Made by a program: the position numbers and the translations under genes. This document shows positions 1 through 9,971 of a DNA stretch of 64,000 nucleotides, in pieces. Source of the DNA: an uncultured Rhodobacteraceae bacterium (GTDB lineage: Bacteria; Pseudomonadota; Alphaproteobacteria; Rhodobacterales; Rhodobacteraceae). The notes below the pieces were generated by a model. It had not been told where the DNA came from, did not search any database, and saw nothing but the letters and a program-made list of their open reading frames with translations. The stretch covers positions 411,442-475,441 of the forward strand of contig CANMQX010000004.1 in NCBI GenBank assembly GCA_947500135.1. Reading direction: 5' to 3'. Position 1 is the first letter of the stretch, and each line of letters begins with the position of its first letter.

Positions 1-2
1 GC

Positions 3-2234
3 GTTGGTGGCGTGCCTGTGACCATGCCCCGCGACTGGTATGACGCCAGGATCAAGGATGCCACGATCACCGATGCCGATCTGCGGGCCGCACTGGGCGG
101 TCGGACAGACATTGATCTGGCCGCGCTAAAGCAAATGGCCGCGACCAGTGTAGAAGCGCCCGCACCGCAGCCGACGGTGGCCGATCTGGCCGCTGACGCC
201 TCTGGCATTGATTGGCCAGGGATCGTCGCCGATCGTTTTGGCAGTTGGGCGGCGGGATATTTTGATCAGGGTCAGGCGCTGTGGGCCGCGCCGCGCAGGC
301 GGGGGGCCTATGACGCATGGCGGCAATATGCGACCCATGATCTGACGCCTGAAATCGCGGGCTTGGGTGGTTTTGCCCAGTTTGTCAGCGAAACGCCTGA
401 TGCGTCAGATGCGGCAACCGCCCGCGCGGCAAAACGGTTGGGCCTGTCAGCAGATGCGTTGCAGACCTATTTCCATCAACTGTTGTTTTCACTGGGGGGT
501 TGGGCGCAGGTGGCCCGTTATCATCTGTGGCAGGCTGAACTGGCCGAGGGCACCGACCAGACGATCACCGATCTGTTGGCCATCAGGCTGTTGTGGGAAG
601 AGGCGTTGCTGATCCAGTATGCGGATCAGATTGGCGCGCAATGGCAGGCGGTGAAGGCTGTCCATGCTGCCCCTGTCACCCCGGATGCCGACATGAAAGC
701 CAATGCGATCCTGCAAGAAGCATGGGAACGCGCCGAGCAGCGCAAACTGGCGCAGAGTCTTGCCGCTGATCCGGCAGAACGGACCACTGAGCGGCCAGCG
801 ATGCAGGCCGCGTTTTGCATTGATGTCCGCTCCGAAGTGTTCCGCCGCGCGCTGGAATCTGTCGATCCCGGCATTCAGACCCTTGGTTTTGCGGGCTTCT
901 TTGGCTTGACTGCATCGCATAAGGGGTTCGCATCGGATGTTGAGGAACTGCGGCTACCGGTGCTTTTGAACCCCGGTGTCAGTTCCACCGCGCAAGGCGA
1001 TGATTTGCATGTGGATCAGAATGCCCGGTTCCGGGCGCGGGCCAGCCGGGCCTGGGGCCGGTTCAAGTTAGCGGCCGTGTCATCATTTGCGTTTGTAGAG
1101 GCGATGGGTCCGGTTTATGTGGGCAAATTGCTGCGCGATGCGCTGAACCTTGCGCCGAATGATGTGCCAAACGGGCCAGCGCCCCGGCTGGATCCGGCGC
1201 TGGATCTGGATGACCAGATCGACGCGGCTGAGACGATCCTGCGCGCCATGTCATTCACCGACAATTTTGCCCGGCTGGTTGTGCTGGCAGGGCATGGGGC
1301 CAATGTGGTCAATAACCCCTTTGCCAGCGGTCTGCATTGCGGGGCCTGTGGTGGTTATTCCGGCGAGGTGAATGCGCGCTTGCTGGCAAGCCTTTTGAAC
1401 GGTGCGGATGTGCGCAGAGGGCTGGCGGATCGGGGGATCGTGGTGCCGGAGGACACACTGTTTGTCGCAGCTCTGCATGACACAACGACCGATGCCATCA
1501 CGCTTTACGAACCTGATGTGCAAACGGCTGCCCATGTTGATGATCTGGCCCGGGCGAAGGGTTGGTTCATCTCTGCTGGGGCCGTGACCCGGGGTGAGCG
1601 TGCCTTGCGTTTGCCGCGTGCTGCCGGTGATGCCGACATCCCGCTGCGTAGTCGCGACTGGGCAGAAACCCGGCCCGAATGGGCGCTGGCGGGCTGCAAG
1701 GCATTCATCGCCGCCCCACGCCACCGCACCGCGGGAAAGAGCATGGAAGGCCGGGCGTTTCTGCATGACTATGACTGGCAGAACGACAAGGAATTCGGTG
1801 TTCTGGAATTGATCATGACCGCCCCGGTGGTCGTGGCCAGCTGGATCAGCCTGCAATATTACGGATCGACCGTGGCCCCGGACACCTTTGGGTCAGGCAA
1901 CAAGCTGCTGCACAACGTCACCGGCGGGATTGGCGTGATCGAAGGCAATGGCGGCACCTTGCGCGCTGGCCTGCCGTGGCAGTCGGTGCATGAGGGCGAG
2001 GGGTATGCCCATGATCCCCTGCGCCTGTCGGTGTGTATCGAAGCACCGCGTAAAGCGATGAGTAATGTTTTGCGCCAGCATGACGCCGTGCGCGCCTTGT
2101 TTGATAACCGGTGGCTGCATCTGTTTGCGCTGGATGAGAATGGCCAGATGGCGTGGCGCTACGAGGGCGATCTGGAATGGTCGGCCGTGGCGGAAATACC
2201 GAAGGCCTATCCTGAGTTGAAGGCGGCGAGCTAG
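3..2234 (+). CDS. dabA: DUF2309/DabA family inorganic carbon transporter subunit (beta-carbonic-anhydrase-like), 5'-truncated by the window edge
   Basis: Zn-ligand motifs [11 protein letters not shown] and CGAC, plus [13 protein letters not shown] and LHDYDW. The frame is open from base 3 ([10 protein letters not shown]), so the true start is upstream. Confidence 0.9.
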   Translation, partial: VGGVPVTMPRDWYDARIKDATITDADLRAALGGRTDIDLAALKQMAATSVEAPAPQPTVADLAADASGIDWPGIVADRFGSWAAGYFDQGQALWAAPRRRGAYDAWRQYATHDLTPEIAGLGGFAQFVSETPDASDAATARAAKRLGLSADALQTYFHQLLFSLGGWAQVARYHLWQAELAEGTDQTITDLLAIRLLWEEALLIQYADQIGAQWQAVKAVHAAPVTPDADMKANAILQEAWERAEQRKLAQSLAADPAERTTERPAMQAAFCIDVRSEVFRRALESVDPGIQTLGFAGFFGLTASHKGFASDVEELRLPVLLNPGVSSTAQGDDLHVDQNARFRARASRAWGRFKLAAVSSFAFVEAMGPVYVGKLLRDALNLAPNDVPNGPAPRLDPALDLDDQIDAAETILRAMSFTDNFARLVVLAGHGANVVNNPFASGLHCGACGGYSGEVNARLLASLLNGADVRRGLADRGIVVPEDTLFVAALHDTTTDAITLYEPDVQTAAHVDDLARAKGWFISAGAVTRGERALRLPRAAGDADIPLRSRDWAETRPEWALAGCKAFIAAPRHRTAGKSMEGRAFLHDYDWQNDKEFGVLELIMTAPVVVASWISLQYYGSTVAPDTFGSGNKLLHNVTGGIGVIEGNGGTLRAGLPWQSVHEGEGYAHDPLRLSVCIEAPRKAMSNVLRQHDAVRALFDNRWLHLFALDENGQMAWRYEGDLEWSAVAEIPKAYPELKAAS

Positions 2235-2256
2235 TCACCCGGATCGTCTGCGATCC

Positions 2257-2382
2257 GGTTCGCGCCCGACCCCGTCCCCCAGGGCGGGCGCGAAAATGCA
2301 ACGGCCCGACATACTGTAACCGTTGTATCTTTTGATTTGGCAGTGCCCCAAAGCACGCCGCCCTCGGGGTCGGGCGCGAACC
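2257..2382. repeat. Inverted REP-like doublet: perfect 18-bp inverted repeats around a 90-bp spacer
   Basis: GGTTCGCGCCCGACCCCG (2257-2274) is the exact reverse complement of 2365-2382. On the minus strand the right copy begins GTAG, the REP-type tetranucleotide. Confidence 0.7.
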
Positions 2383-2498
2383 TACCATCTTGCAGCGGAT
2401 TAAAGTTGCGCATTACGGTTCCGGGTGATCAGGGCCTGCCCCAACCCCGTTCAATTCCGCCGATAATTCCCGGAAGATGACTGTCATAAGAACGTCAC

Positions 2499-2527
2499 TT
2501 GATTTAATTCCATGATGGAATGAAAAT
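2499..2527 (+). promoter_or_regulatory. Putative sigma70-type promoter with a palindromic operator in its spacer
   Basis: TTGATT (2499-2504), 17 bp, then GAAAAT. The spacer holds the perfect inverted repeat ATTCCAT-G-ATGGAAT (2507-2521). Confidence 0.4.
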
Positions 2528-2553
2528 GATGTGGTCATTTGGAGGGACACATC

Positions 2554-3825
2554 ATGAAATCGATTCGTATTGCTTTGGGGGCAATGGTGCTGGGCGCGGG
2601 TATGGCGCAGGCGCAGGATACGACACTGACATTTATGTCGTGGGACCCCGACCAGCTGGAGGTCGAAAAGGAGGCGATTGCCGCTTTTGAGGCCGCCAAT
2701 CCCGGCGTCACCGTTGAGGCAACCGCCATGCCGCCCAAGGACTACTGGCCGCGTCTGTCAGCGCTTGCCGCGTCCGGGGATTTGCCCGATGTCTTTATGA
2801 TGTCGTCGGGTTTCGTCAAGGAATGGGCGGCGGCTGGCAACCTTAAGGACCTGTCTGGCGTTGTTTCGGACGACCAATTGGCAGGCTACTATGAAGGCGC
2901 CGCATCGGTTGGCGTGATCAACGATCAGCGTGTGGCGTTCCCGCAAAACTGGGTCGCACCGGTCCTGTATTACAATATTGATATGTTCGAGGCCGCAGGG
3001 GTCGAGACCCCGCAGCCGGATTGGACATGGGATGATTTCCTGAATGCTGCCAAGGCGCTGACCATTGATGAGGATGGCGACGGCGATGCCGAAACCTATG
3101 GCATGTCGCTTTATGGTCGTTACGCCCATATCGAACCTTGGGTGTTCCGCAATGGTGGCCGTTACCTGAACGCGGATGAAACGGCGCTGGAACTGAACGA
3201 CGAGGCCGTCAACGCGCTGCAATTCCTGACTGATCTGGTGAATGTCCATGGGGTGGCCCCGCAGCCGCAGGAAATGGAAGGCGTCCGCCAGCAGGATATC
3301 ATGCCGCTGGGCATGGCTGCGATGTGGGTCGATGGGTCCTGGAACATCGCCAATACCCGGTCGATTGTCGGCGATGATTTCCGTTGGGGGATTGCGCAGG
3401 TGCCGCTGGGCCCTGATGCGACGCCGGACAATGCTGCCGCCTATGCTTGGGCGGATATGTTGTCTGTCGGTGCGGGCAGCGATAATCCCGATCTGGCCTG
3501 GGCCTTTATCCAGCATATGGTGGGTGAGGGGCGGCAAGCCTCTGATTTCCTTGGTGGCAAGGTGCCTGCCTATATCGATATTGCCACGTCAGAGGCTTGG
3601 CTGGAGGCCGATCAGATGCCCGCCAATAAGGGTCTTCTTCTCGATATCGGGGCGCAGAATGTCTATACCGGGTTTTCCAAAAACTGGAGCGGGTGGCGCG
3701 GATACGATTCGACCGGATCATCAGGCATGAATGGTGAGTTGGATGAGGTGCTGAACGGGCGCAAGTCACTTGATGATGCCATTGAGGCGCTTGTCATCTA
3801 CGGTAACGATATCCTGTCACGCTAA
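2554..3825 (+). CDS. Carbohydrate ABC transporter (CUT1) extracellular solute-binding protein
   Basis: Signal peptide, LSALAASGDLPDVF and WVDGSW motifs, GGAGG RBS at 2541-2545, permeases downstream. Confidence 0.9.
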   Translation: MKSIRIALGAMVLGAGMAQAQDTTLTFMSWDPDQLEVEKEAIAAFEAANPGVTVEATAMPPKDYWPRLSALAASGDLPDVFMMSSGFVKEWAAAGNLKDLSGVVSDDQLAGYYEGAASVGVINDQRVAFPQNWVAPVLYYNIDMFEAAGVETPQPDWTWDDFLNAAKALTIDEDGDGDAETYGMSLYGRYAHIEPWVFRNGGRYLNADETALELNDEAVNALQFLTDLVNVHGVAPQPQEMEGVRQQDIMPLGMAAMWVDGSWNIANTRSIVGDDFRWGIAQVPLGPDATPDNAAAYAWADMLSVGAGSDNPDLAWAFIQHMVGEGRQASDFLGGKVPAYIDIATSEAWLEADQMPANKGLLLDIGAQNVYTGFSKNWSGWRGYDSTGSSGMNGELDEVLNGRKSLDDAIEALVIYGNDILSR

Positions 3826-3900
3826 GCTGTCCCAGAATTGGGCCGGGTGTGCCATGATTTTCCCGGCCCGTCATTTGACCGCCAGTAAGGGCGCCCCACC

Positions 3901-4779
3901 ATGCGCAGCAATCGCAAAATCCGGATCACGGCGCTGTTGTTTCTCGCGCCGACCATCATTGGTCTGCTGGTGTTCCGGCTGATCCCGATCGGCTGGTCCT
4001 TTGCCCTGTCATTTTATGACTGGAAGATTTTTGACACCCCGCAATTCGTGGGTCTGGGCAATTATGCGCATATCTTTACCTCGCCCACGGCGCATAAAGT
4101 GTTCCTGAATTCGGCATATTTTTCGGCGATCTATGTGCCGGGGTCCATCGCATTGGCGCTGGTTCTGGCGGTGTTGCTGAATAACGGGCTGCGCAGTTCG
4201 GCGTTTTTCCGGGGCGCGTTCTTTTTGCCCTATATCACCTCGACCGTGGCAGTCACCCTGGCCTGGCGCTGGATTTTTTCAACCAAGTTCGGGCTGTTGA
4301 ACAATGCGTTGGACTGGGTTGGCGTGGACAATCCGCCCGCCTGGCTGGCGGACCCGATGTGGGCCTTGCCTGCCGTGGCGCTGGTGTCGATCTGGAAGGA
4401 TGTGGGATTTTACATGATCCTGTTGTTGGCCGGATTGCAAACCATTGATCCCACCTTGTACGAGGCCGCACGGGTGGACGGGGCCAAGCCGGTGCAGCGG
4501 TTTTTCAAGATCACCGTGCCGATGCTGTCGCGTAGCCTGTTTTTCGTGCTGATCCTGGCCCTTGTCCGGTCCACCCAGACGTTTGAGATCACCTATGCCC
4601 TGACCAATGGCGGGCCAAATCGGGCATCAACCACATTGGCGTTTTATGTCTATCAAAACGCCTTTGTGGAGTTCGAGATGGGCTATGCCGCAGCCCTGTC
4701 CTACATCATGTGTTTCATTCTTGGCCTGCTGACACTGACGAATTTCTATTTCCGCAAGAGGTGGGTGCATGAAGACTGA
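3901..4779 (+). CDS. Carbohydrate ABC transporter permease
   Basis: Multiple TM segments and the EAA loop LYEAARVDGA. Confidence 0.92.
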   Translation: MRSNRKIRITALLFLAPTIIGLLVFRLIPIGWSFALSFYDWKIFDTPQFVGLGNYAHIFTSPTAHKVFLNSAYFSAIYVPGSIALALVLAVLLNNGLRSSAFFRGAFFLPYITSTVAVTLAWRWIFSTKFGLLNNALDWVGVDNPPAWLADPMWALPAVALVSIWKDVGFYMILLLAGLQTIDPTLYEAARVDGAKPVQRFFKITVPMLSRSLFFVLILALVRSTQTFEITYALTNGGPNRASTTLAFYVYQNAFVEFEMGYAAALSYIMCFILGLLTLTNFYFRKRWVHED

Positions 4780-5632
4780 CATCCATCCAAACAGAGGCAC
4801 CGCCCGGGGCACATTATTCGCCCTTTATGCGGTGCTGATCGCCTATGCGCTGATCACCCTGATGCCGTTCATCTGGATGCTGGTCACCAGCTTTAAAGAG
4901 GCGCGCGATGTGTTCAAACTGCCGCCCAGCTTTGTCCCGACCAAGCTGTTTACCGATGAGCCGTTTGGAAATTACACTGAGATCTGGACCCAGCGGGATT
5001 TTGTGATCTTCTTTCGCAACTCTGCCTTCGTGTCCTTTATGGCCGCCATCGGGCAGGTTTTTGCCACCTCGCTGGCGGGCTATGCCTTTGCCCGGCTCGA
5101 TCTGCCCGGCAAGAACTGGTTGTTTGCGCTCGTGCTGGTCACCGCCTTTGTGCCGGTTGAGGTCACCATCATCCCCGAATTTCTGATCATGCGCGGTCTG
5201 GGCTGGATCGATACCTTCCTGCCACTTATCGTGCCGTCATTCCTGGTTGGGGCCTTTGGTACTTTCATGCTGCGGGAATACTTTGGCAGCCTGCCGAAGG
5301 ATTACGGCGATGCCGCCTATGTGGACGGGGCGACACCATTTCAAATCTTTTGGAAAGTCTATCTGCCGCTGGCGCAGCCTGCGTTGGTGTCGATCTTTGT
5401 CATCGCTTTCATCAATAACTGGGACGAGTTATTGCGCCCCTTGCTGTTCCTGAACTCCGATGAGTTGAAGACCGTGCCATTGGGCCTGATGTCATTTGTC
5501 AGCCAGTATGAGGCGTCGTGGACATTGTTGATGGCAGGTTCTGTCATTTCGACATTGCCATTGATCGTGATTTACATGCTGACGCAACGCTATGTCCTGC
5601 AAGGGTTTGTCGGCGGCGGGGTAAAGGGGTGA
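4769..5632 (+). CDS. Carbohydrate ABC transporter permease
   Basis: TM segments, EAA-like DAAYVDGA, AFINNWDE and W..LMAGSVIS.LP motifs. Confidence 0.92.
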   Translation: MKTDIHPNRGTARGTLFALYAVLIAYALITLMPFIWMLVTSFKEARDVFKLPPSFVPTKLFTDEPFGNYTEIWTQRDFVIFFRNSAFVSFMAAIGQVFATSLAGYAFARLDLPGKNWLFALVLVTAFVPVEVTIIPEFLIMRGLGWIDTFLPLIVPSFLVGAFGTFMLREYFGSLPKDYGDAAYVDGATPFQIFWKVYLPLAQPALVSIFVIAFINNWDELLRPLLFLNSDELKTVPLGLMSFVSQYEASWTLLMAGSVISTLPLIVIYMLTQRYVLQGFVGGGVKG

Positions 5633-6750
5633 TGCTGATGCAAACACCGCCTGCGATGACGGATAACCAGCGCGCTGTTCTGGGCGCGGTTTTGGCCGTG
5701 CCGGATCAGCAACGGCTGGAATTGAGCATCGGATTGGGCCTGTCCGCCCAGACAATCATGCGCGCGGTACTGCCCCTGATCGACAGTGGCGTGTTGTTGG
5801 AACGGACGGAACCTGCAGCAGGGCGGGGTAAACCGGCGCGCAGTTTGCGTTTCTCCCCCGGCACCCTTGCGACATTGGGGATCAGTGTTGCGTCTGACCA
5901 TATCCGGGTCAGCTGCAGCGATCTGGCCGGGGTGAAGCTGTTGACCGCCAAGCGCGCCCGCGCTTACGAGACCGCTGTTGCGCAACTGGTCGATCTGGAT
6001 GAGCTGGTTGCTGCAGTGATGGACGGTTTGCCTGACAGTGCCGTTCTGGTTGGTGCAGGTGTGTCGGTGCAGGGTTATCTGCTGGATGGTGGTAAGCGCA
6101 TTCTGGCGCGTGTCGATCCGGCTGGTTGGGCAGCCATTGATCTGGCCGCCCGGTTGCGGGACCAGTTGGGCCTGCCCGTGCATCTGATGAATGATGGGAA
6201 AACGCTGGCTTCCAGCCTGATCCGCACCGCACCCGAGCCGAATTTTCTATGCGTGCATCTGGGCACTGGGGTTGGCGGTGGTTTGGTCAGCAATGGCATG
6301 CTTGTCGCCGGGGCGAATGGGAACGCGGGCGAGATTGGCCAGTTTTTTCCCCATGGCCCTGACCGGCCGGTTGAACAGACCTTCCAACGCGCGGCTGGTC
6401 TGAAGGACTGGTCCGGCTGGAACGGTATTGCCGCATTGCCTGCCGCAGATCAGGATTGTTTGACTGCAAGGCTGGAAAGTGCCGGTGCGATGATCGGTGA
6501 TGTTCTGGCACAGGCGCTTGCCTTGCTTGATTTCCAGGCCGCTTACATCTGTTCGCGCATGCCTGCTGACCTGTTGCAGGCCCTGGTGGCGCAGATCGAT
6601 GTCATGCCCTTGGGCCAAGACCTTGCCGGTGCCGGGCCTGATCAGACCAACCCGCCCCCCGCGGTGCATGCATGCCACGTCCCCAATCACGCCAACCTTG
6701 CCTGCCGTATGGCAGCCGAGGCGTTTCTGTCGCCGACTGCCCCTTGCTGA
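5632..6750 (+). CDS. ROK family transcriptional regulator
   Basis: N-terminal winged HTH, GRGKP, and the ROK signature LGTGVGGGLV..G..GNAGEIG. Start overlaps the permease stop (TGATG). Confidence 0.85.
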   Translation: MLMQTPPAMTDNQRAVLGAVLAVPDQQRLELSIGLGLSAQTIMRAVLPLIDSGVLLERTEPAAGRGKPARSLRFSPGTLATLGISVASDHIRVSCSDLAGVKLLTAKRARAYETAVAQLVDLDELVAAVMDGLPDSAVLVGAGVSVQGYLLDGGKRILARVDPAGWAAIDLAARLRDQLGLPVHLMNDGKTLASSLIRTAPEPNFLCVHLGTGVGGGLVSNGMLVAGANGNAGEIGQFFPHGPDRPVEQTFQRAAGLKDWSGWNGIAALPAADQDCLTARLESAGAMIGDVLAQALALLDFQAAYICSRMPADLLQALVAQIDVMPLGQDLAGAGPDQTNPPPAVHACHVPNHANLACRMAAEAFLSPTAPC

Positions 6751-6760
6751 AAGACTGCCC

Positions 6761-7861
6761 ATGGCCACTTTGCAACTTGATCAAATCACGAAATCCTTTG
6801 GCCAGACCGAGGTACTGCACGACATTTCCCTGACGGTGGAGGATGGCGAATTTATCGTTTTTGTCGGCCCGTCTGGCTGTGGCAAATCCACGTTGCTGCG
6901 GATCATTGCCGGGCTGGATGACCAGACATCGGGCGCATTGCATATCGGTGGCGAGGAGGTCACAGGCCGTGAACCGATTGAGCGTGGCGTGGCGATGGTG
7001 TTTCAATCCTACGCGCTTTACCCGCATCTGACCGTGTTCGAAAACATCGCCTTCCCCTTGCGTTTGCAAAAGCTGCCAAAGGCTGACGTCAACAGCCGCG
7101 TTGAAGCAGCGGCGCAAACACTGGATCTGATGGACCGGTTGCAGCACAAGCCCAGCCAGCTATCGGGCGGTCAGCGTCAGCGGGTCGCGATTGGCCGTGC
7201 CATTGTGCGTGATCCAAAGCTGTTTTTGTTTGATGAACCCTTGTCCAACCTTGACGCATCCTTGCGCGGTGCGATGCGGGTCGAATTGTCGGAACTACAT
7301 CAGAAACTGCGCACGACCATGGTTTACGTTACTCATGATCAGGTCGAGGCGATGACCATGGCCAACCGTATTGTTGTGCTCAATGGCGGCGTTTTGGAAC
7401 AGTTCGGCACGCCGATGGAACTGTATCACAAGCCGCGCACCCGCTTTGTGGCGGGTTTTATCGGGCAGCCGGGGATGAATTTTTTTAGGGCGACACTGTC
7501 AGAGGTCACCGATACCGGTGTCACGGCCATCGCGTCTGATCAATCCAATCTGACCGCCCATGTTGATGGTGCAGGCCGTAGCGTTGGTGCAGCGGTGGAA
7601 CTGGGCATTCGCCCCGATGACCTGCAACTCAGCACGACTGGCGACGGGCTACAGGTGGCGGTCCGCGTCATCGAACGGTTGGGCGCCAGCACGATCATGT
7701 ATGGCAACCTGCATGATGGCACGGCGATTTGTGCCGCCTTGGACGGGCTTGCCCGCCTATCACCCGGCGATACCGTGCATCTGACCGTTGATCCGGACAC
7801 CGTCCATGTTTTTGACGCCGGCGGTCTGGCCCTGCCACGCCGCACCGCCCCCGATCTGTAG
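6761..7861 (+). CDS. Sugar ABC transporter ATP-binding protein (MalK/UgpC-like)
   Basis: Walker [37 protein letters not shown]. Confidence 0.95.
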   Translation: MATLQLDQITKSFGQTEVLHDISLTVEDGEFIVFVGPSGCGKSTLLRIIAGLDDQTSGALHIGGEEVTGREPIERGVAMVFQSYALYPHLTVFENIAFPLRLQKLPKADVNSRVEAAAQTLDLMDRLQHKPSQLSGGQRQRVAIGRAIVRDPKLFLFDEPLSNLDASLRGAMRVELSELHQKLRTTMVYVTHDQVEAMTMANRIVVLNGGVLEQFGTPMELYHKPRTRFVAGFIGQPGMNFFRATLSEVTDTGVTAIASDQSNLTAHVDGAGRSVGAAVELGIRPDDLQLSTTGDGLQVAVRVIERLGASTIMYGNLHDGTAICAALDGLARLSPGDTVHLTVDPDTVHVFDAGGLALPRRTAPDL

Positions 7862-7870
7862 GAGAGCATC

Positions 7871-9040
7871 ATGCGGATCGTCGTTGCAGGAGTAGGCAAG
7901 CGCAGTATCAAGGTATTGGCGTATCTTCGTGCGGCCATGCCAGAGATGCAGATTGTGGGATATGTCGACCCCAGCCCGCGCCTTGTGCCTGCGTTGGAAG
8001 AGCCGGACCCGATCCCCGCCTATGACAGTGTGGACAAGATGCTGGCAGAGACAAAGGCCGGGCTTTTATTTGTGGGTAGCCCCAATCATTTGCATCTGGG
8101 TCATATCGCGGCTGGTTTGCGGGCGGGTGTTCGCGTGTTTTCAGAGAAACCGATTGTCACAACCCATGATCAAACATGGGCGCTTGCAGATCTTTTGGCT
8201 GAATACGGCACTGACCGGCTGATCATCGGGCTTGTCCTACGCTATGCCCCGCAGATGAAAGACCTGCGTCGCGCGCTGGATGCGGGCCAATTGGGCAAGA
8301 TCGTGTCGCTTGAGGCGAATGAACATATTGAGCCGCAGCATGGCGGTTTTTTCATGCGCGATTGGCGGCGCTACACCGCCTATTCCGGTGGTTTCATGCT
8401 GGAAAAATGCTGTCACGATATTGATCTGTTTCATATGATCACCGGATCGCGCCCACAAAGGGTGGCCAGTTTTGGTGGTAGACGCACCTTTACCCCCGAA
8501 AACGCGCCAACCCGAAATTCGGATATAGCGTTGTTTCACCAGATCCCATCACTATGGGAAACCACCGATGATCCGTTCCGGTCGGATGCCGATATTATTG
8601 ACCACCAGACAGCCATTCTGTCATTTGAAAACGGTGTGACGATGAGCTTTCATACAAATATCAACACCCCCGACCAAAGCCGCCATTTCTGTGTGATCGG
8701 GACGCGGGGCATGGCCGAAGGTGATCTGCATCGGGGCTATCTGCGGGTGACGGCGGCACAGACGGCGGAACGATTATTGGATGTTGATTATACACAGGAC
8801 CCGGATTTGCAGATCGACCATTACGGATCTGACCGGCAGATGACCCGCGAATTGGCCGCTTATCTGCGCGGCGATATCACAGACCTGCCTGTGTCGGTGG
8901 TCGATGGGATCGAGGCTGGATTGTCTGCCATGGCGCTGGATCAGGCGCGCACCACCGGGCAGATCGTCGACCTAACGCAGATATGGGCGCGGCTTGACGC
9001 CTACGGCCTGCGCAACCCGGTCCCCGCCCATGCAGTTTGA
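7871..9040 (+). CDS. Gfo/Idh/MocA family oxidoreductase
   Basis: N-terminal Rossmann fold, SPNHLH, FSEKP and GGFMLEKCCHDID. Confidence 0.9.
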   Translation: MRIVVAGVGKRSIKVLAYLRAAMPEMQIVGYVDPSPRLVPALEEPDPIPAYDSVDKMLAETKAGLLFVGSPNHLHLGHIAAGLRAGVRVFSEKPIVTTHDQTWALADLLAEYGTDRLIIGLVLRYAPQMKDLRRALDAGQLGKIVSLEANEHIEPQHGGFFMRDWRRYTAYSGGFMLEKCCHDIDLFHMITGSRPQRVASFGGRRTFTPENAPTRNSDIALFHQIPSLWETTDDPFRSDADIIDHQTAILSFENGVTMSFHTNINTPDQSRHFCVIGTRGMAEGDLHRGYLRVTAAQTAERLLDVDYTQDPDLQIDHYGSDRQMTRELAAYLRGDITDLPVSVVDGIEAGLSAMALDQARTTGQIVDLTQIWARLDAYGLRNPVPAHAV

Positions 9041-9971
9041 GGCGTTTTCCCATCCCAAGGCGCGCGACTTATCCGTGCCTGCCGATGATGTGTTGTTGCA
9101 TATCCCGGGTCGCGTGACGGCGGTTTTTGACGGGGCGACCGATACACATGGGCGCCGTAAGAATGGCGTGCCGATGGGGCGATTGGCGGCACTGACCGCC
9201 GCGCAGGCCTTGGCCGGATTTCCTGCTGATGCCGCCAACTGGGATGCAAAGGATATCTTGCAACGGTTGACCGCCGCGATATCTGCGGCTGCCCCGCATG
9301 ACGGGGTGGGTCGCCCGGCATCGACCACCGCAATGATCGCGTTTGAGACCCCCGACGCGCTGCGAATGGTCGGGCTTGGCGACACCGGATACCGGGTCAA
9401 TGCAGGCCCCGCCCAGATTACTGAACTGGCCCCTGATGATGTGACAATCCCGGCGCGTGTGGCCCTGTTCAAGATGTTGCTAGCTGCAGGTCTGCCCACC
9501 GATCGGTGCGAAATCCGGGCTGGCAGCGTGGTTGGGGGCGGTTTGGATGCGGCGCTGGCGGCTGGTGACATCAACCCAGGCCAGGCCGACGCAATTCTGG
9601 AGGTGGCCATCGCAGCACGACCTGACGCCGCAAAAGAGGTTGAGGCATTCCTGCGCAGCGGTCTGCAGCATCAGCATCGGTTTGCCAATATGTCCGATCA
9701 TCCGCTTGGCTATGGGGTTCTGGATGGTTCCAGCCCCGATCCGGCGTTCATTGTGGACTCAGAGATCGCTCGCGACGGCTTGACGTCGTTGGAGTTGTTT
9801 TCCGATGGCTACATGGTCTTGCCAGCGGCACCGACTATTGCTGCATGGGAGGCCAGCCATGCACAGACCGAGGTTGCCGACCCCCATAAGATCGGGATCG
9901 CACCTGCGGTCAAAGGATCCACGGAGAGTGCGTTTTTTGATGACCGGACTGTCGTTATCCTGCGGGCTTAG
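9030..9971 (+). CDS. PP2C/PPM-fold metal-dependent phosphatase-like protein, substrate unknown
   Basis: PPM motifs in order: DD, VFDG, STT, GD, LFSDG and DDRT. Start overlaps the end of the oxidoreductase gene. Confidence 0.7.
   Translation: MQFEAFSHPKARDLSVPADDVLLHIPGRVTAVFDGATDTHGRRKNGVPMGRLAALTAAQALAGFPADAANWDAKDILQRLTAAISAAAPHDGVGRPASTTAMIAFETPDALRMVGLGDTGYRVNAGPAQITELAPDDVTIPARVALFKMLLAAGLPTDRCEIRAGSVVGGGLDAALAAGDINPGQADAILEVAIAARPDAAKEVEAFLRSGLQHQHRFANMSDHPLGYGVLDGSSPDPAFIVDSEIARDGLTSLELFSDGYMVLPAAPTIAAWEASHAQTEVADPHKIGIAPAVKGSTESAFFDDRTVVILRA

Noticed and set aside
2231-2413. 60-aa minus-strand ORF after dabA
   Set aside because: It runs through the REP doublet, has no convincing RBS or protein-like features, and is explained by the repeat.
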